This document shows, piece after piece, positions 28,509 to 37,800 of a stretch of 64,000 nt of DNA. A program made the position numbers and the translations under genes. The notes under the pieces were generated by a model that was not told the origin of the DNA, ran no database searches, and saw nothing but the letters and a program-made list of their open reading frames with translations. Source of the DNA: Candidatus Parcubacteria bacterium (GTDB taxonomy: Bacteria; Patescibacteriota; Minisyncoccia; Phycocordibacterales; JBAYGS01); contig JBDKKW010000002.1 of assembly GCA_039795895.1 (NCBI GenBank), positions 7,347-71,346 on the forward strand. Direction: 5' to 3'. How positions within the stretch are numbered: position 1 is the first letter of the stretch; every line of letters starts with the position of its first letter.

Positions 28509-28553
28509 CGCCCTGCACCTTTTACAAAAGGTGCAGGGCGCTTTTTTCTTTTT
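28509..28553 (+). terminator. Rho-independent terminator
   Basis: cgccctgcaccttttacaaaaggtgcagggcg followed by cttttttctttttt. Confidence 0.7.
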
Positions 28554-28656
28554 TAGAAATTAGGAATTAGGTATTAAAAATTACTTAGTTATCCCCAACA
28601 AACTGTTTTAATTATCACATATATGCTATATTTATACTATTATAAAATAAAAGGTA

Positions 28657-30192
28657 TTGAGTATGGCGTCGCAATCACACTTCGATAAGAAATTAAAAAT
28701 GGTCGGATCTTTAATCACCAAACTCCGCGAAGAGCGAGGTCTCACCCAGGAGGCACTAGCTGAAAAGATCGGCACCACCCAAAGTGGCCTGGCCCGTATC
28801 GAGTCTGGTGAACAAAACATCACAACAGAGACTCTTGCTAAAATTTCTGGTGCGCTTGAGAAAAATATTATCGAAGTATCAAAGGGCGGACTCAATATCG
28901 AAATTGAAGGTGGACATACTCTCTCAGGGACCATCGAGACCAAAACTTCCAAGAACGCCGCTGTGGGACTGCTCTGTGCTTCCCTGCTCAACCGCAACAC
29001 CACCCTCCTCAAACAAGTCCCAAGAATCGAAGAGGTAAATCGTATCATCGAAGTGCTCGAGAGTATTGGGGTCACTGTGACCTGGATTGGCAACGATCTT
29101 GAAATCAAACCACCAAAGACCTTCTCACTCGACAAGCTCAATATCGAATCTGCTATCAAAACTCGCAGTGTGATTATGCTCATCGGTCCACTGATCCACC
29201 ACTTAAAAAACTTTGCGATCCCCTACGCGGGAGGTTGTCGCTTGGGCTCTCGCACTATCAACCCGCACTTTTTTGCTCTCGAGAAACTTGGCCTGAAAAT
29301 TAAAACGGCATCAAAACAGTACGAGATATCGACCAAGAAATTAAAGGCGAACTATATTGTCCTCTACGAATCCGGCGACACCGTGACTGAAAATGTATTA
29401 ATGGCTTCAGCACTGATCCCTGGAAAAACAACTATCCGCTTTGCTTCGGCAAATTATCAGGTGCAAGATGTGTGCTTCTTCCTCGAAAGTCTCGGGGTGA
29501 AGATTGAGGGTATCGGTACCACCACCCTCGTCGTGCACGGTGTAGAAAATATTGATCGACCTATCACACATTTCTTGAGCGAAGATCCGATCGACTCAAT
29601 GTTTTTCATTGCTACCGCCATCCTCACCAAGTCGAGCCTCACCATCACTCGCTGTCCCATCGACTTTTTAGAAATTGAACTCTTGAAGCTCGAAAAAATG
29701 GGATTCAAATACAAAATCCTTAAGCGATACAAGTCGCGAAATGGTCAGACCAATCTCGTCGATATAAAAACATTCCCATCGACACTCAAGGCTCTTCAAG
29801 ACAAGATTGAATCTCGGCCGTATCCCGGGCTCAACATCGACAACCTCCCCTTCTTTGCCGTGATTGCCACGCAAGCGAAAGGTCAAACCTTGATCCACGA
29901 TTGGGTCTATGAAGAACGCGCCATCTACTACAAGGAGCTCGATAAGTTGCGCGCAGATACTATTCTTGCCGACCCACATCGACTCTATGTGAACGGTCCA
30001 ACCGAGCTCAAAGGTGCTGAAGTGGTCTCGCCTCCAGCGCTCCGTCCCGCAGCCATCATCCTCATCGGCATGCTCGGCGCCACAGGCAAATCTATCCTCC
30101 GCAATATCTATAGTATCAATCGTGGCTACGAAGATATTATCAAGCGACTACAGAGTTTGGGGGCGAAGATTAAGGTACTCCGAGATTTTTAA
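28657..30192 (+). CDS. murA: UDP-N-acetylglucosamine 1-carboxyvinyltransferase with N-terminal XRE-type helix-turn-helix extension
   Basis: Residues about 77-511 align with MurA (KNAAVGLLCASLL...; catalytic Cys loop AGGCRLGSR; C-terminal INRGYEDIIKRLQSLGAKIKVL). Residues about 15-70 form a helix-turn-helix (LREERGLTQEALAEKIGTTQSGLARIESGEQNITTETLAKISGAL) with no in-frame start codon between the two parts. Confidence 0.85.
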   Translation: MSMASQSHFDKKLKMVGSLITKLREERGLTQEALAEKIGTTQSGLARIESGEQNITTETLAKISGALEKNIIEVSKGGLNIEIEGGHTLSGTIETKTSKNAAVGLLCASLLNRNTTLLKQVPRIEEVNRIIEVLESIGVTVTWIGNDLEIKPPKTFSLDKLNIESAIKTRSVIMLIGPLIHHLKNFAIPYAGGCRLGSRTINPHFFALEKLGLKIKTASKQYEISTKKLKANYIVLYESGDTVTENVLMASALIPGKTTIRFASANYQVQDVCFFLESLGVKIEGIGTTTLVVHGVENIDRPITHFLSEDPIDSMFFIATAILTKSSLTITRCPIDFLEIELLKLEKMGFKYKILKRYKSRNGQTNLVDIKTFPSTLKALQDKIESRPYPGLNIDNLPFFAVIATQAKGQTLIHDWVYEERAIYYKELDKLRADTILADPHRLYVNGPTELKGAEVVSPPALRPAAIILIGMLGATGKSILRNIYSINRGYEDIIKRLQSLGAKIKVLRDF

Positions 30193-30236
30193 GGCAAAGA
30201 GTCAGACAAAAGACAACAGAACACAGATTACAGATC

Positions 30237-30273
30237 GGAAAATCGGGCGTCCACAACGGATGCCCGATTTTCC
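30237..30273 (+). terminator. Rho-independent terminator after murA
   Basis: ggaaaatcgggcgtccacaacggatgcccgattttcc. Confidence 0.6.
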
Positions 30274-30340
30274 TTGCGTTTCACTCAACATAGAGTTATT
30301 GTGCAAAGAGAATTGTTACTTTCAAAAAGAAAGGCTCGCT

Positions 30341-30811
30341 ATGTCCCGTCAACATTTTCGGTCATGGGAAGAAATATGGAAAATTATCGACCCAAACAGC
30401 CTCATCGGCACTACTGTCGAGGTGTGGTACACACCTCCCGAAGCAATGTCGTTTACCGCAGACGAAAAAGCAGAAGCTGAACTTACTGGATACTTTCGTT
30501 TCTGCATAATTGGAGTGCGTGTCGGCTCAGAGCACAATCCATTTGTAACGGGACAATGGTACGAGTATGACAAGACAAGTAATGCATGGAAAGCCTCGGG
30601 AGCCGAGATAGATTGTATGCATGTCAAAGAAAGAGGGGGTCTTTCAAGAATCACTGTATCAGATGGAAAAATTACAAGTGTACACCCCAAACTAAACATC
30701 CATGTGATATTTCACCCCAGAGAAAAACCAGTGCCCTTAAATCATGGTCGGGCAATAACGGTGGCCGAAATATTCGAACTTTTTCAAAAGAGGGCTGCCG
30801 CAAGAAATTAG
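30341..30811 (+). CDS. Hypothetical protein
   Basis: 156 aa from MSRQHF. The ORF-track upstream extension overlaps murA and the terminator. Confidence 0.5.
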   Translation: MSRQHFRSWEEIWKIIDPNSLIGTTVEVWYTPPEAMSFTADEKAEAELTGYFRFCIIGVRVGSEHNPFVTGQWYEYDKTSNAWKASGAEIDCMHVKERGGLSRITVSDGKITSVHPKLNIHVIFHPREKPVPLNHGRAITVAEIFELFQKRAAARN

Positions 30812-30818
30812 TGACTTC

Positions 30819-30858
30819 AAGACGGGCATTCGTTGCGAATGCCCGTCTTTTTCTTTTC
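30819..30858 (+). terminator. Rho-independent terminator
   Basis: agacgggcattcgttgcgaatgcccgtct followed by ttttcttttc. Confidence 0.7.
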
Positions 30859-30861
30859 TGG

Positions 30862-30915
30862 CCTAATGTCTAACTACTAATGTCTACTGTCTGTGTTCTG
30901 TTGTCTGTAATCTAA
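30862..30915. repeat. TGTCT-rich dispersed short repeat (related copies at 11348-11381, 12494-12521, 22895-22924, 30204-30235 and 36636-36673)
   Basis: cctaatgtctaactactaatgtctactgtctgtgttctgttgtctgtaatctaat. Its sub-motifs gtctaatgtcta..ctaactactaat and tgtctgtgttctgttgtct recur next to terminator hairpins. Confidence 0.75.
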
Positions 30916-30935
30916 TTCCATGCCACTATAGTCCT

Positions 30936-32843
30936 ATGAAAGTCATTCGCGTCATCCCCATTGCCAAAGGCATCGGTCGCGAAACCCTCTCGTATTTCAC
31001 CGGTGCAGACGTGACCGTCGGCAACATCGTCAAAGTCCCACTCCGAAATCGGATTATTTCTGGACTGATAGTAGCAGTAGAAAATGCCGAGGATCTCAAG
31101 GCCAATCTCAAAACGCTCGACTACGAAATCCGTCGTGTCGAAAAAGTCCACGCCGAAGCAGGCCTCCCCGAAAGCTTCATCACCACTTGTGCCAAGATTG
31201 CAGAGATTTCCTACACCACCACCGGAAGTATTCTGTCGGCAATGACCCCGAATTTTCTCTTTGATGGTACCGTCATCAAAAAACTCTCCCGCATTCACGA
31301 GATGAAAGTGGCTCCACACGTCATCTCCGAGAAATTATCGATTCAAGCCGACGACGAAGAACGCTTCTCACACTACAAGAGCCTCATCCGAGAAGATTTC
31401 GCCAAAAAGCGCTCAGTCTTTCTCTGCCTCCCATCAATTCAAGAAATCGAGACCGTCAAGGAAGCGCTCGAAAAGGGCATCGAGCCGTACACTTATGTAT
31501 TGACCAGCCAGATCGAAGCCAAAGAACTCAAAAAGATTTGGAAAGACATTGCTCAAAATCCACACTCACTCCTCATCATCGGCACTCCACACTTTCTCCC
31601 TGTCTTTCGAGATGATATCGGGACTATTATTATCGAGCGCGAAAATGCCAAAGGCTACTATCTCCGCGAGCGACCATACAGCGACACTCGACTCTTCACT
31701 GAGCTTTTTGCGGAAAGCTTGGGTGCGAGATTGATCGTCGGCGACGCACTACTCCGCACCGAGACTATCTGGCGTACCAAATCAGGAGATCTTCACGAAT
31801 ACGCACCCCTCAAATTTCGTTCACTTTCGACTGCGGTCGTCAGCAAAATCGATATGCGAGTGTACAGCGAAGCGGGAGGCAGAAAGTTTAGCCTCCTGTC
31901 AGATGAAGCCCATCATCTCATTTTAGAAAACAAACCAAAAAGTGAACACTGCTTCATCTTCTGTGCTCGACGAGGTCTCTCACCATCGACCGTTTGTAGC
32001 GACTGCGGAACGACCGTCGCCTGCTCGACCTGTGGCGCCCCGACCGTCCTCCATGGCATGACCGGCAAAGATGTCGACACCAACAATTTCTTCATGTGTC
32101 ACCGCTGTGGCGAAAAAAGGTCCGCTCGAGAAGTCTGTGTGCACTGTGGTGGCTGGAGATTGAAAGCTCTCGGGGTCGGCATCGACAGCGTTGAAGTCGA
32201 AATCAAACGACTCCATCCTGAAAGCACCGTCTTTATTCTCGACAAAGATCGCATCAAGACCCACGAAAAAGCCAAAGAGATTGTCCGAAAGTTTGGAGAG
32301 ACTCCGGGAAGTATCTTGCTCGGCACCGAAATGGCGCTCCCCTATCTCACCTTCAAAATCCAATCGACCATCATCGCCTCACTCGACTCATTTTTTTCTA
32401 TTCCCGATTTTCGAATTGGCGAGCGAATTATGCAAATCTTGATCAAGCTCCGCAGTATCACCACCGAGCAATTCCTCCTCCAAACCAGAAACCCCGACGC
32501 CAAGCTCCTCGAGTACGGCCTCAAAGGCAACCTGCTTGATTTTTATAAAGATGAAATCACTGAGCGTGAACAATTCCTCTATCCACCGTTTAAAACTATT
32601 ATCAAGCTAACTCTCGAGGGCACCAAGGACCGCGTGAGTGGACTCATCGCCGAAGCAAAACAAAAATTCGCCTCTTTTACTCCCGACGTCTTCCCGGCTT
32701 TCCTCTCCATGCGCAAAGGACAGGTGTCGATGAATATGTTGATCAAGACTGATCCCAAAAAGTCAGATCCAGCACTCAATGAGAAGATTAATTCGCTGAC
32801 GCAGGAGTGGAGCGTGAGCGTGAACCCAGAAAGTTTGCTGTAG
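30936..32843 (+). CDS. priA: Primosomal protein N' (PriA) homolog with degenerate helicase motifs
   Basis: PriA-like N-terminus (MKVIRVIPIAKGIGRETLSYF...VKVPLRNRIISGLI) and Cys-rich region (CSDCGTTVACSTCGAPTVLHG...CHRCGEKRSAREVCVHCGG). Where the Walker A motif should be the sequence reads KRSVFLCLPS, and DEEH is replaced by IIIERENAKGYY. Confidence 0.78.
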   Translation: MKVIRVIPIAKGIGRETLSYFTGADVTVGNIVKVPLRNRIISGLIVAVENAEDLKANLKTLDYEIRRVEKVHAEAGLPESFITTCAKIAEISYTTTGSILSAMTPNFLFDGTVIKKLSRIHEMKVAPHVISEKLSIQADDEERFSHYKSLIREDFAKKRSVFLCLPSIQEIETVKEALEKGIEPYTYVLTSQIEAKELKKIWKDIAQNPHSLLIIGTPHFLPVFRDDIGTIIIERENAKGYYLRERPYSDTRLFTELFAESLGARLIVGDALLRTETIWRTKSGDLHEYAPLKFRSLSTAVVSKIDMRVYSEAGGRKFSLLSDEAHHLILENKPKSEHCFIFCARRGLSPSTVCSDCGTTVACSTCGAPTVLHGMTGKDVDTNNFFMCHRCGEKRSAREVCVHCGGWRLKALGVGIDSVEVEIKRLHPESTVFILDKDRIKTHEKAKEIVRKFGETPGSILLGTEMALPYLTFKIQSTIIASLDSFFSIPDFRIGERIMQILIKLRSITTEQFLLQTRNPDAKLLEYGLKGNLLDFYKDEITEREQFLYPPFKTIIKLTLEGTKDRVSGLIAEAKQKFASFTPDVFPAFLSMRKGQVSMNMLIKTDPKKSDPALNEKINSLTQEWSVSVNPESLL

Positions 32844-32851
32844 AATCTCTA

Positions 32852-32958
32852 AAATCACCTCATCTGCTTTGTCGCCGACTCCGCCCGCTCCCGCGCAGTA
32901 GCTCCATCTACAGCTTGGTCACGGTACTCATCGGCTTCGCGCATCTGAGGCAATTTTA
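32852..32958. repeat. GC-rich intergenic repeat, copy 3
   Basis: tcatctgctttgtcgccgactccgcccgctcccgcgcagtagctccatctacagcttggtcacggtactcatcggcttcgcgcatctga, between priA and def. Confidence 0.8.
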
Positions 32959-33024
32959 GAGATTCTCTCTCGACCTCCACAGTGTACTTCCTACTTTATA
33001 CTTTTTACTTTATACTCTCTGTAT

Positions 33025-33552
33025 ATGCCCATCATCGACCGAGAAAACCCTATATTGCGCCAGACGGCAGTCGAAATTCCGCTTGAGAAAATCGGCTCAA
33101 AAGAGGTGCTCGGTATTATCGCCGAGATGAAAGCCGAGCTCGCAAAACAAAGCGACGGTGTAGCTATCGCTGCTCCTCAAATCGGCCACTCGGTCCGAAT
33201 CTTTGTCATCTCCGGACGAACCCTCGAGATGCTCGCCCACGAAGACGGTGATGCCGATTTTAAAGAAACCACCAAGACTCCCGACAAGGTATTCATCAAT
33301 CCTAAAATCACCAAATCATCTCGCAAGAAGACCGCCATGGAAGAAGGATGTCTTTCGGTCCGCTATTTGTATGGTAAGGTGAAGCGTAGTGAAAAAGCCA
33401 CGGTTGAAGCCTACGATGAGCATGGTAAAAAGTTTGTCTTGCCGGGCACCGGACTGCTCGCACAAATCTTCCAGCACGAAACCGACCACCTCAATGGCGC
33501 GCTTTTCATCGACACTGCGACAGATGTCATCGACCTGCCTCCAAAAAAGTAA
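33025..33552 (+). CDS. def: Peptide deformylase
   Basis: Motifs EGCLS and HETDHLNG; 175 aa. Confidence 0.9.
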   Translation: MPIIDRENPILRQTAVEIPLEKIGSKEVLGIIAEMKAELAKQSDGVAIAAPQIGHSVRIFVISGRTLEMLAHEDGDADFKETTKTPDKVFINPKITKSSRKKTAMEEGCLSVRYLYGKVKRSEKATVEAYDEHGKKFVLPGTGLLAQIFQHETDHLNGALFIDTATDVIDLPPKK

Positions 33553-33566
33553 TTTACACAAATACC

Positions 33567-34457
33567 ATGGTAATGTTTACTCAAAAATATAGTGGTCCCG
33601 CCTTTCGCTTTGTGTTTTTTGGCACCTCTTTTTTTGCTACCGAAATTTTAAACGCGCTCGAACAGTACGGACTCACTCCGAGCCTGCTTGTCGCCACTCC
33701 CGATGCCCCACAAGGCCGTCGATTGATTTTGACTTCTCCACCAACCAAGGTTTGGGCGGAAAGTCGAGGTATCCCCGTGTACCAGCCGACCACTCTCAAG
33801 GATGGTGAGGCGGTCAAACGGCTCGCGAGAGAAAATGCCGACATTTTTCTAGTAGCTTCATACGGCAAGATTATTCCGCAAGCAGTCTTTGAGTTACCAA
33901 AAAGAAAGACCCTCAATATTCATCCATCCCTTCTGCCAAAACTCCGCGGTGCTTCGCCTATTCAGACCGCTATTGTCTCTGACACTCGCGACACTGGAGT
34001 CACCATCATCCAAATCGATGAGAAGATGGACCACGGACCAATCGTCGCTCAAGAGAAATTAAATCTGAGTGAGTGGCCGGTAACGACCGCCGAGCTTAAG
34101 ACTATTTCGGCAAAGAAATCAATCGAGATGTTGGTCAAAGCACTTCCTGACTGGCTTTCAGGAAAGCTTATCCCAACTCCTCAAAATGAATCCGAAGTCA
34201 CCTTTACAAAGATGATCACCAAAGCCGAAGGCGAGATTGATCTCTCGGGCAACGCCTACCAAAATTTCCTCAAGATCAAAGCCTACACCCCGTGGCCAGG
34301 CACCTACTTTTTCGTCAAAAATGGCGACACACAAGTCCGCGTGATTATTAAAAGTGCAATTTACAAAAACAAGACTCTCGAAATTCTCCGTGTTATTCCC
34401 GAGGGCAAAAAAGAAATGAATTATTCGGATTTTTTGAAAGGTTTGCGAAAATCCTAA
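33567..34457 (+). CDS. fmt: Methionyl-tRNA formyltransferase
   Basis: Formyltransferase N-domain (FFGTSFFATEILNAL ... NIHPSLLPKLRGASPIQ) and C-terminal domain. It is adjacent to def. Confidence 0.85.
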   Translation: MVMFTQKYSGPAFRFVFFGTSFFATEILNALEQYGLTPSLLVATPDAPQGRRLILTSPPTKVWAESRGIPVYQPTTLKDGEAVKRLARENADIFLVASYGKIIPQAVFELPKRKTLNIHPSLLPKLRGASPIQTAIVSDTRDTGVTIIQIDEKMDHGPIVAQEKLNLSEWPVTTAELKTISAKKSIEMLVKALPDWLSGKLIPTPQNESEVTFTKMITKAEGEIDLSGNAYQNFLKIKAYTPWPGTYFFVKNGDTQVRVIIKSAIYKNKTLEILRVIPEGKKEMNYSDFLKGLRKS

Positions 34458-34516
34458 GCTCTATGCTACAGTGCTTTTAGCACGTTCTTCAACATCCCAA
34501 AAGAGAAAGGTTTCGT

Positions 34517-34900
34517 ATGAGTAAGCCTCGGAAAAGCAATAAACCACAGACAACCGGATTACCTCCAGCCATTCGTCCCAGCCAGGAAGTGATGGACCAA
34601 TTCTGGAACGGTGTATTCAAACGTCTAGATGAGGTAATACCTGCTCCAGCCTCTCGGGTAGTTAATCATCGATTCGCCGAAGCCCCTGTCGTCGAAAAGT
34701 TCCCGAAGTATCTCATGAAGATCAACGGGCAAAGGAAATTCCTCTCGTTTGAAAGAGCCTACGTAATGTTTGATAGTGGATCCGACCAGGTAGAATTTGG
34801 TCGATATGTACTCGAAGCTGACTTTTCGGTCAGAAAAATGACCGACGAAGATAGGGAGGCAATTTCAGAAGCCGCTGAAAGATACAGCGATTCAAAATAA
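34517..34900 (+). CDS. Hypothetical protein
   Basis: 127 aa; terminator at 34907-34937. Confidence 0.5.
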   Translation: MSKPRKSNKPQTTGLPPAIRPSQEVMDQFWNGVFKRLDEVIPAPASRVVNHRFAEAPVVEKFPKYLMKINGQRKFLSFERAYVMFDSGSDQVEFGRYVLEADFSVRKMTDEDREAISEAAERYSDSK

Positions 34901-34906
34901 CCTTCG

Positions 34907-34937
34907 CCCGTCGCGAGTATACGCGACGGGTTTTTTA
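34907..34937 (+). terminator. Rho-independent terminator
   Basis: cccgtcgcgagtatacgcgacggg followed by ttttttatt. Confidence 0.7.
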
Positions 34938-35007
34938 TTGCCAAAATTACAAAGCTCGTGGTAGAGTGATTTTGGCAACGTTCATTTAACAACACCCAGT
35001 AGTAGAA

Positions 35008-35520
35008 ATGAGAATTTCACTACGGGGTACACAAAGAGAAAGGCAACCTATGGGCAAGCCCCACATTCATGCTCAAAACTCGGTTAATCGCTGGGGAGGC
35101 AAAGTGGAAGACTATCTCCCCATCCACGAACTCTTGGATTCAAGCGCGGTCACCTTTGGTGACGTTCGACATCGGACACTGACTCACAACCAATGGTTTA
35201 TCAGAACCATCCTACCTAAAGTCTTGGGGATTACTATCACCAATTCTGACGGCAAGACTGTATCCACAATCGAAATCGCTGAGTGGCATGTGCTGGAGGA
35301 TTTTGGCAACAAATTCATCCCCGCGGTGAGCGATTATTTGGCTCAAATTCCACTCAAACCATGGATGGACAATGCCAGAGACGGTGAGACTCCACCAAGC
35401 AGAGACTGGGCTCCGAAAAGTAATGAGGAAGCCCTCGAGTTCCTGAGAAATGGTCCGAAAGACCCCGTGGAGGTGGAACGCAGTGCTTGTTGGGATGCTC
35501 CTCCGGGGACCATGGACTAA
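35008..35520 (+). CDS. Hypothetical protein
   Basis: 170-aa ORF; possible start MGKPHIH at 35050. Confidence 0.45.
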   Translation: MRISLRGTQRERQPMGKPHIHAQNSVNRWGGKVEDYLPIHELLDSSAVTFGDVRHRTLTHNQWFIRTILPKVLGITITNSDGKTVSTIEIAEWHVLEDFGNKFIPAVSDYLAQIPLKPWMDNARDGETPPSRDWAPKSNEEALEFLRNGPKDPVEVERSACWDAPPGTMD

Positions 35521-35558
35521 TCCGACTCTTTTGCTTATTCACAACCTCGCCTTGCTGG

Positions 35559-35617
35559 CGGGGTTTTTCTTTTGTCCGCACAAAAGAAAAACCCCGTACG
35601 GAAAATACCGTACGGGG
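35559..35617. terminator. Two overlapping strong hairpins between convergent genes; the second plus a T-run terminates the minus-strand gene
   Basis: A 16-bp stem (cggggtttttcttttg...caaaagaaaaaccccg) and a 10-bp stem (ccccgtacgg...ccgtacgggg) share the ccccg segment. Confidence 0.6.
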
Positions 35618-35637
35618 TGCGAGAGAACATCAATCAA

Positions 35638-36492
35638 TCAGTGGCGAGGAGGAATGGGAGGATTTTCTCGCAAATAAAGCCAGACTGAAAATACATACCA
35701 GTCCAGCCAGGCGAAGACTGCTCCACCTACCCCACCGACACACGTACCAAAGGCAAGCGACTCTGTCCGCACGCCGACATAAAAGCCAGCGAGCATCCCG
35801 AGTGCTACCGAGACACTGTATACCAGTCGCTCGTCGGTATGTGCCGACTTCAACAGCGCCACGAAGTGACCCCAGAACCAACTGATCACTTTCGGCACAG
35901 ATTCAAGAATCCACGCGAGGAGCCCGATCACTTTGAGCGCATAAAACACAACCCAACCGTGAGACAACAAAAGATTCGTGGCGAGCTTCAAATGCTTGAT
36001 ACTTCGCCAAACCTTTTCCCTGTCAGAGATCGTACCAATCGTACCTGAAAGGTCATTGGAGAGCACCCAAAGATAAGAAATAATCATGGATGCCATAATA
36101 AAAACACAGTGTGTGGTGGTCATATCGGCCTTACTACCTAACTCTAATATTCGACTATAAAGGACGTAATACCACAGAGTAGCAAATACAGCAGACTGTC
36201 CAAACCACACTCCAAAAAAGAGAATAAATAGGCGAATCTGATACCTCGTAAGCTTCTGCATGTGTTTCTCGTACCGAGTCTTCTTTTTCATCAACTCGGC
36301 CCTCATGATCGCAAGACGATCTTTGACCGCAAGAGCGAAGCCTTTGAGATCAGCCGAGACCCAAGCGCAGGCCGTGCCGAAGATGAAGGCAAGAACGACG
36401 AGAACGTGGTTGGCACGAAAAGCCAGAGCCAGCAGGGTGAAGATTGCACCGATTGAGGCACACGAGATGAGACGATGTCCAATTGAGTTCAT
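35638..36492 (-). CDS. Hypothetical polytopic membrane protein
   Basis: About 284 aa from MNSIGH, with multiple hydrophobic helices. Confidence 0.5.
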   Translation of the reverse strand: MNSIGHRLISCASIGAIFTLLALAFRANHVLVVLAFIFGTACAWVSADLKGFALAVKDRLAIMRAELMKKKTRYEKHMQKLTRYQIRLFILFFGVWFGQSAVFATLWYYVLYSRILELGSKADMTTTHCVFIMASMIISYLWVLSNDLSGTIGTISDREKVWRSIKHLKLATNLLLSHGWVVFYALKVIGLLAWILESVPKVISWFWGHFVALLKSAHTDERLVYSVSVALGMLAGFYVGVRTESLAFGTCVGGVGGAVFAWLDWYVFSVWLYLRENPPIPPRH

Positions 36493-36596
36493 TTGAGTTC
36501 CTTTCCAACTGATTTTGTTTTTGAGTAAAACACGGGGTTTTATCTCGACTGTTCCGCAGTAGAGATTACACATAAACTACTATATTGTCAATACGA

Positions 36597-36636
36597 AAAG
36601 CCCCGGAAAATCGTTGCGATTTTCCGGGGCTTTTTC
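36597..36636. terminator. Bidirectional rho-independent terminator
   Basis: aaaagccccggaaaatcgttgcgattttccggggcttttt. Confidence 0.7.
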
Positions 36637-36664
36637 CTGTCTTTTGTCTGTGTTCTGTTGTCTA

Positions 36665-37309
36665 TTATCTAACTTCGATCGACTTCACCACAATCGCCGT
36701 CTCAGGAATATCATTCTGTCCTGTTCGTACATTTTCTATTTTATCCACCACATCCATTCCCTTCACCACTTTACCGAAGACTGTATGATGTCCATCAAGC
36801 CATGGAGTCGAAGGCGCGGTCACAATGAAAAATTGTGAGCCGTTGGTATTTGGTCCTGAGTTTGCCATCGCGAGTACGCCACGTACCAGCTTCTCACTAT
36901 TGATTTCATCCGCAAATGCATAGCCCGGACCACCACGACCATACAATGTCTTATCATCACCCTTTGAAAGCGGATCACCACCTTGGATCATAAAGCCTTT
37001 GATCACGCGATGGAACTTGGTCAAATTGTAAAAATCCTTCTGTGCGAGAGCAACAAAATTTGCTACGGTCTTTGGCGCTTTGTCAGCAAAGAACGCAATT
37101 TCGATATCGCCCGATGTCGTGTGCAAAATCACTCCAGTTGGGTTTTTAATTTCAGTTGGTTTAGTTGGTTCGGTCATAGTTTCTTTTTTTATTTCATTAG
37201 TTGCGGTGGTACCTTGAGTTTCAATACGTGGTTTGTTGTAGATACCCACGATCAAGCCAAGTGCTAACACTACCACAACTGCCCAAACAATAGTCGCATT
37301 ATGTGACAT
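36665..37309 (-). CDS. ppiB: Peptidyl-prolyl cis-trans isomerase, cyclophilin type, with N-terminal membrane anchor and linker
   Basis: Cyclophilin core: FHRVIKGFMIQGGDP ... LAMANSGPNTNGSQFFIV ... LDGHHTVFGKV. Confidence 0.85.
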   Translation of the reverse strand: MSHNATIVWAVVVVLALGLIVGIYNKPRIETQGTTATNEIKKETMTEPTKPTEIKNPTGVILHTTSGDIEIAFFADKAPKTVANFVALAQKDFYNLTKFHRVIKGFMIQGGDPLSKGDDKTLYGRGGPGYAFADEINSEKLVRGVLAMANSGPNTNGSQFFIVTAPSTPWLDGHHTVFGKVVKGMDVVDKIENVRTGQNDIPETAIVVKSIEVR

Positions 37310-37339
37310 TACTTTTTAAAAATTACTACTAATTGAGTA

Positions 37340-37723
37340 TTATTCTGCATCACCCTCTCCTCCCGTCATACCCTTAAACATATTCTTAATCTTCTGCCCT
37401 CCTCGACGCAACAACGAAAGCTTTTTTGTCTTATTACTTCGAAGCTCAGCGAGCATTTGATCTTTTACCACATCAATCGCAGCATAGAGATCAGACTCCT
37501 CTGCTTCCGCTCGAAAACTTTTACCTCCCACATGGAGATTGATTTCCGCTCGAAAGACGTCGCCTGATTTATGATGTTTACTGACCTTCCCCAACTCGAC
37601 ATAGCACATCGCTGAGTCATCGGTTGAGGCAACAAATTTATCAAAAGCAGTCAGTCGCTTTGCCAAATACTCTGAGATGGCTGTCGTAAGCTCCATCTGC
37701 GTTGCTTTGACGTTTGTTTTCAT
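37340..37723 (-). CDS. hpf: Ribosome hibernation promoting factor / ribosome-associated inhibitor A family
   Basis: 127-aa S30AE/YfiA-like protein (MKTNVKATQMELTTAISEYLAKRL ... FRAEINLHVGG). Confidence 0.78.
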   Translation of the reverse strand: MKTNVKATQMELTTAISEYLAKRLTAFDKFVASTDDSAMCYVELGKVSKHHKSGDVFRAEINLHVGGKSFRAEAEESDLYAAIDVVKDQMLAELRSNKTKKLSLLRRGGQKIKNMFKGMTGGEGDAE

Positions 37724-37800
37724 AGGATTACTTTAATTAACTGTTAACCCTCTTACACTCTAAGTATACCAAATAAGTAGCCGAAAAAGAACACGTATTG

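Noticed and set aside
28632-29183. Antisense ORF 28632-29183 inside murA, and other long antisense ORFs (for example 3552-4217, 8323-9114, 31980-32363, 41005-43390)
   Set aside because: They lie opposite well-supported conserved genes, have low-complexity composition and match no known families.
30014-30340. Long N-terminal extension of ORF 30014-30811 overlapping the murA 3' end
   Set aside because: It contains the murA terminator hairpin and a TGTCT repeat. The start MSRQHF at 30341 is preferred.
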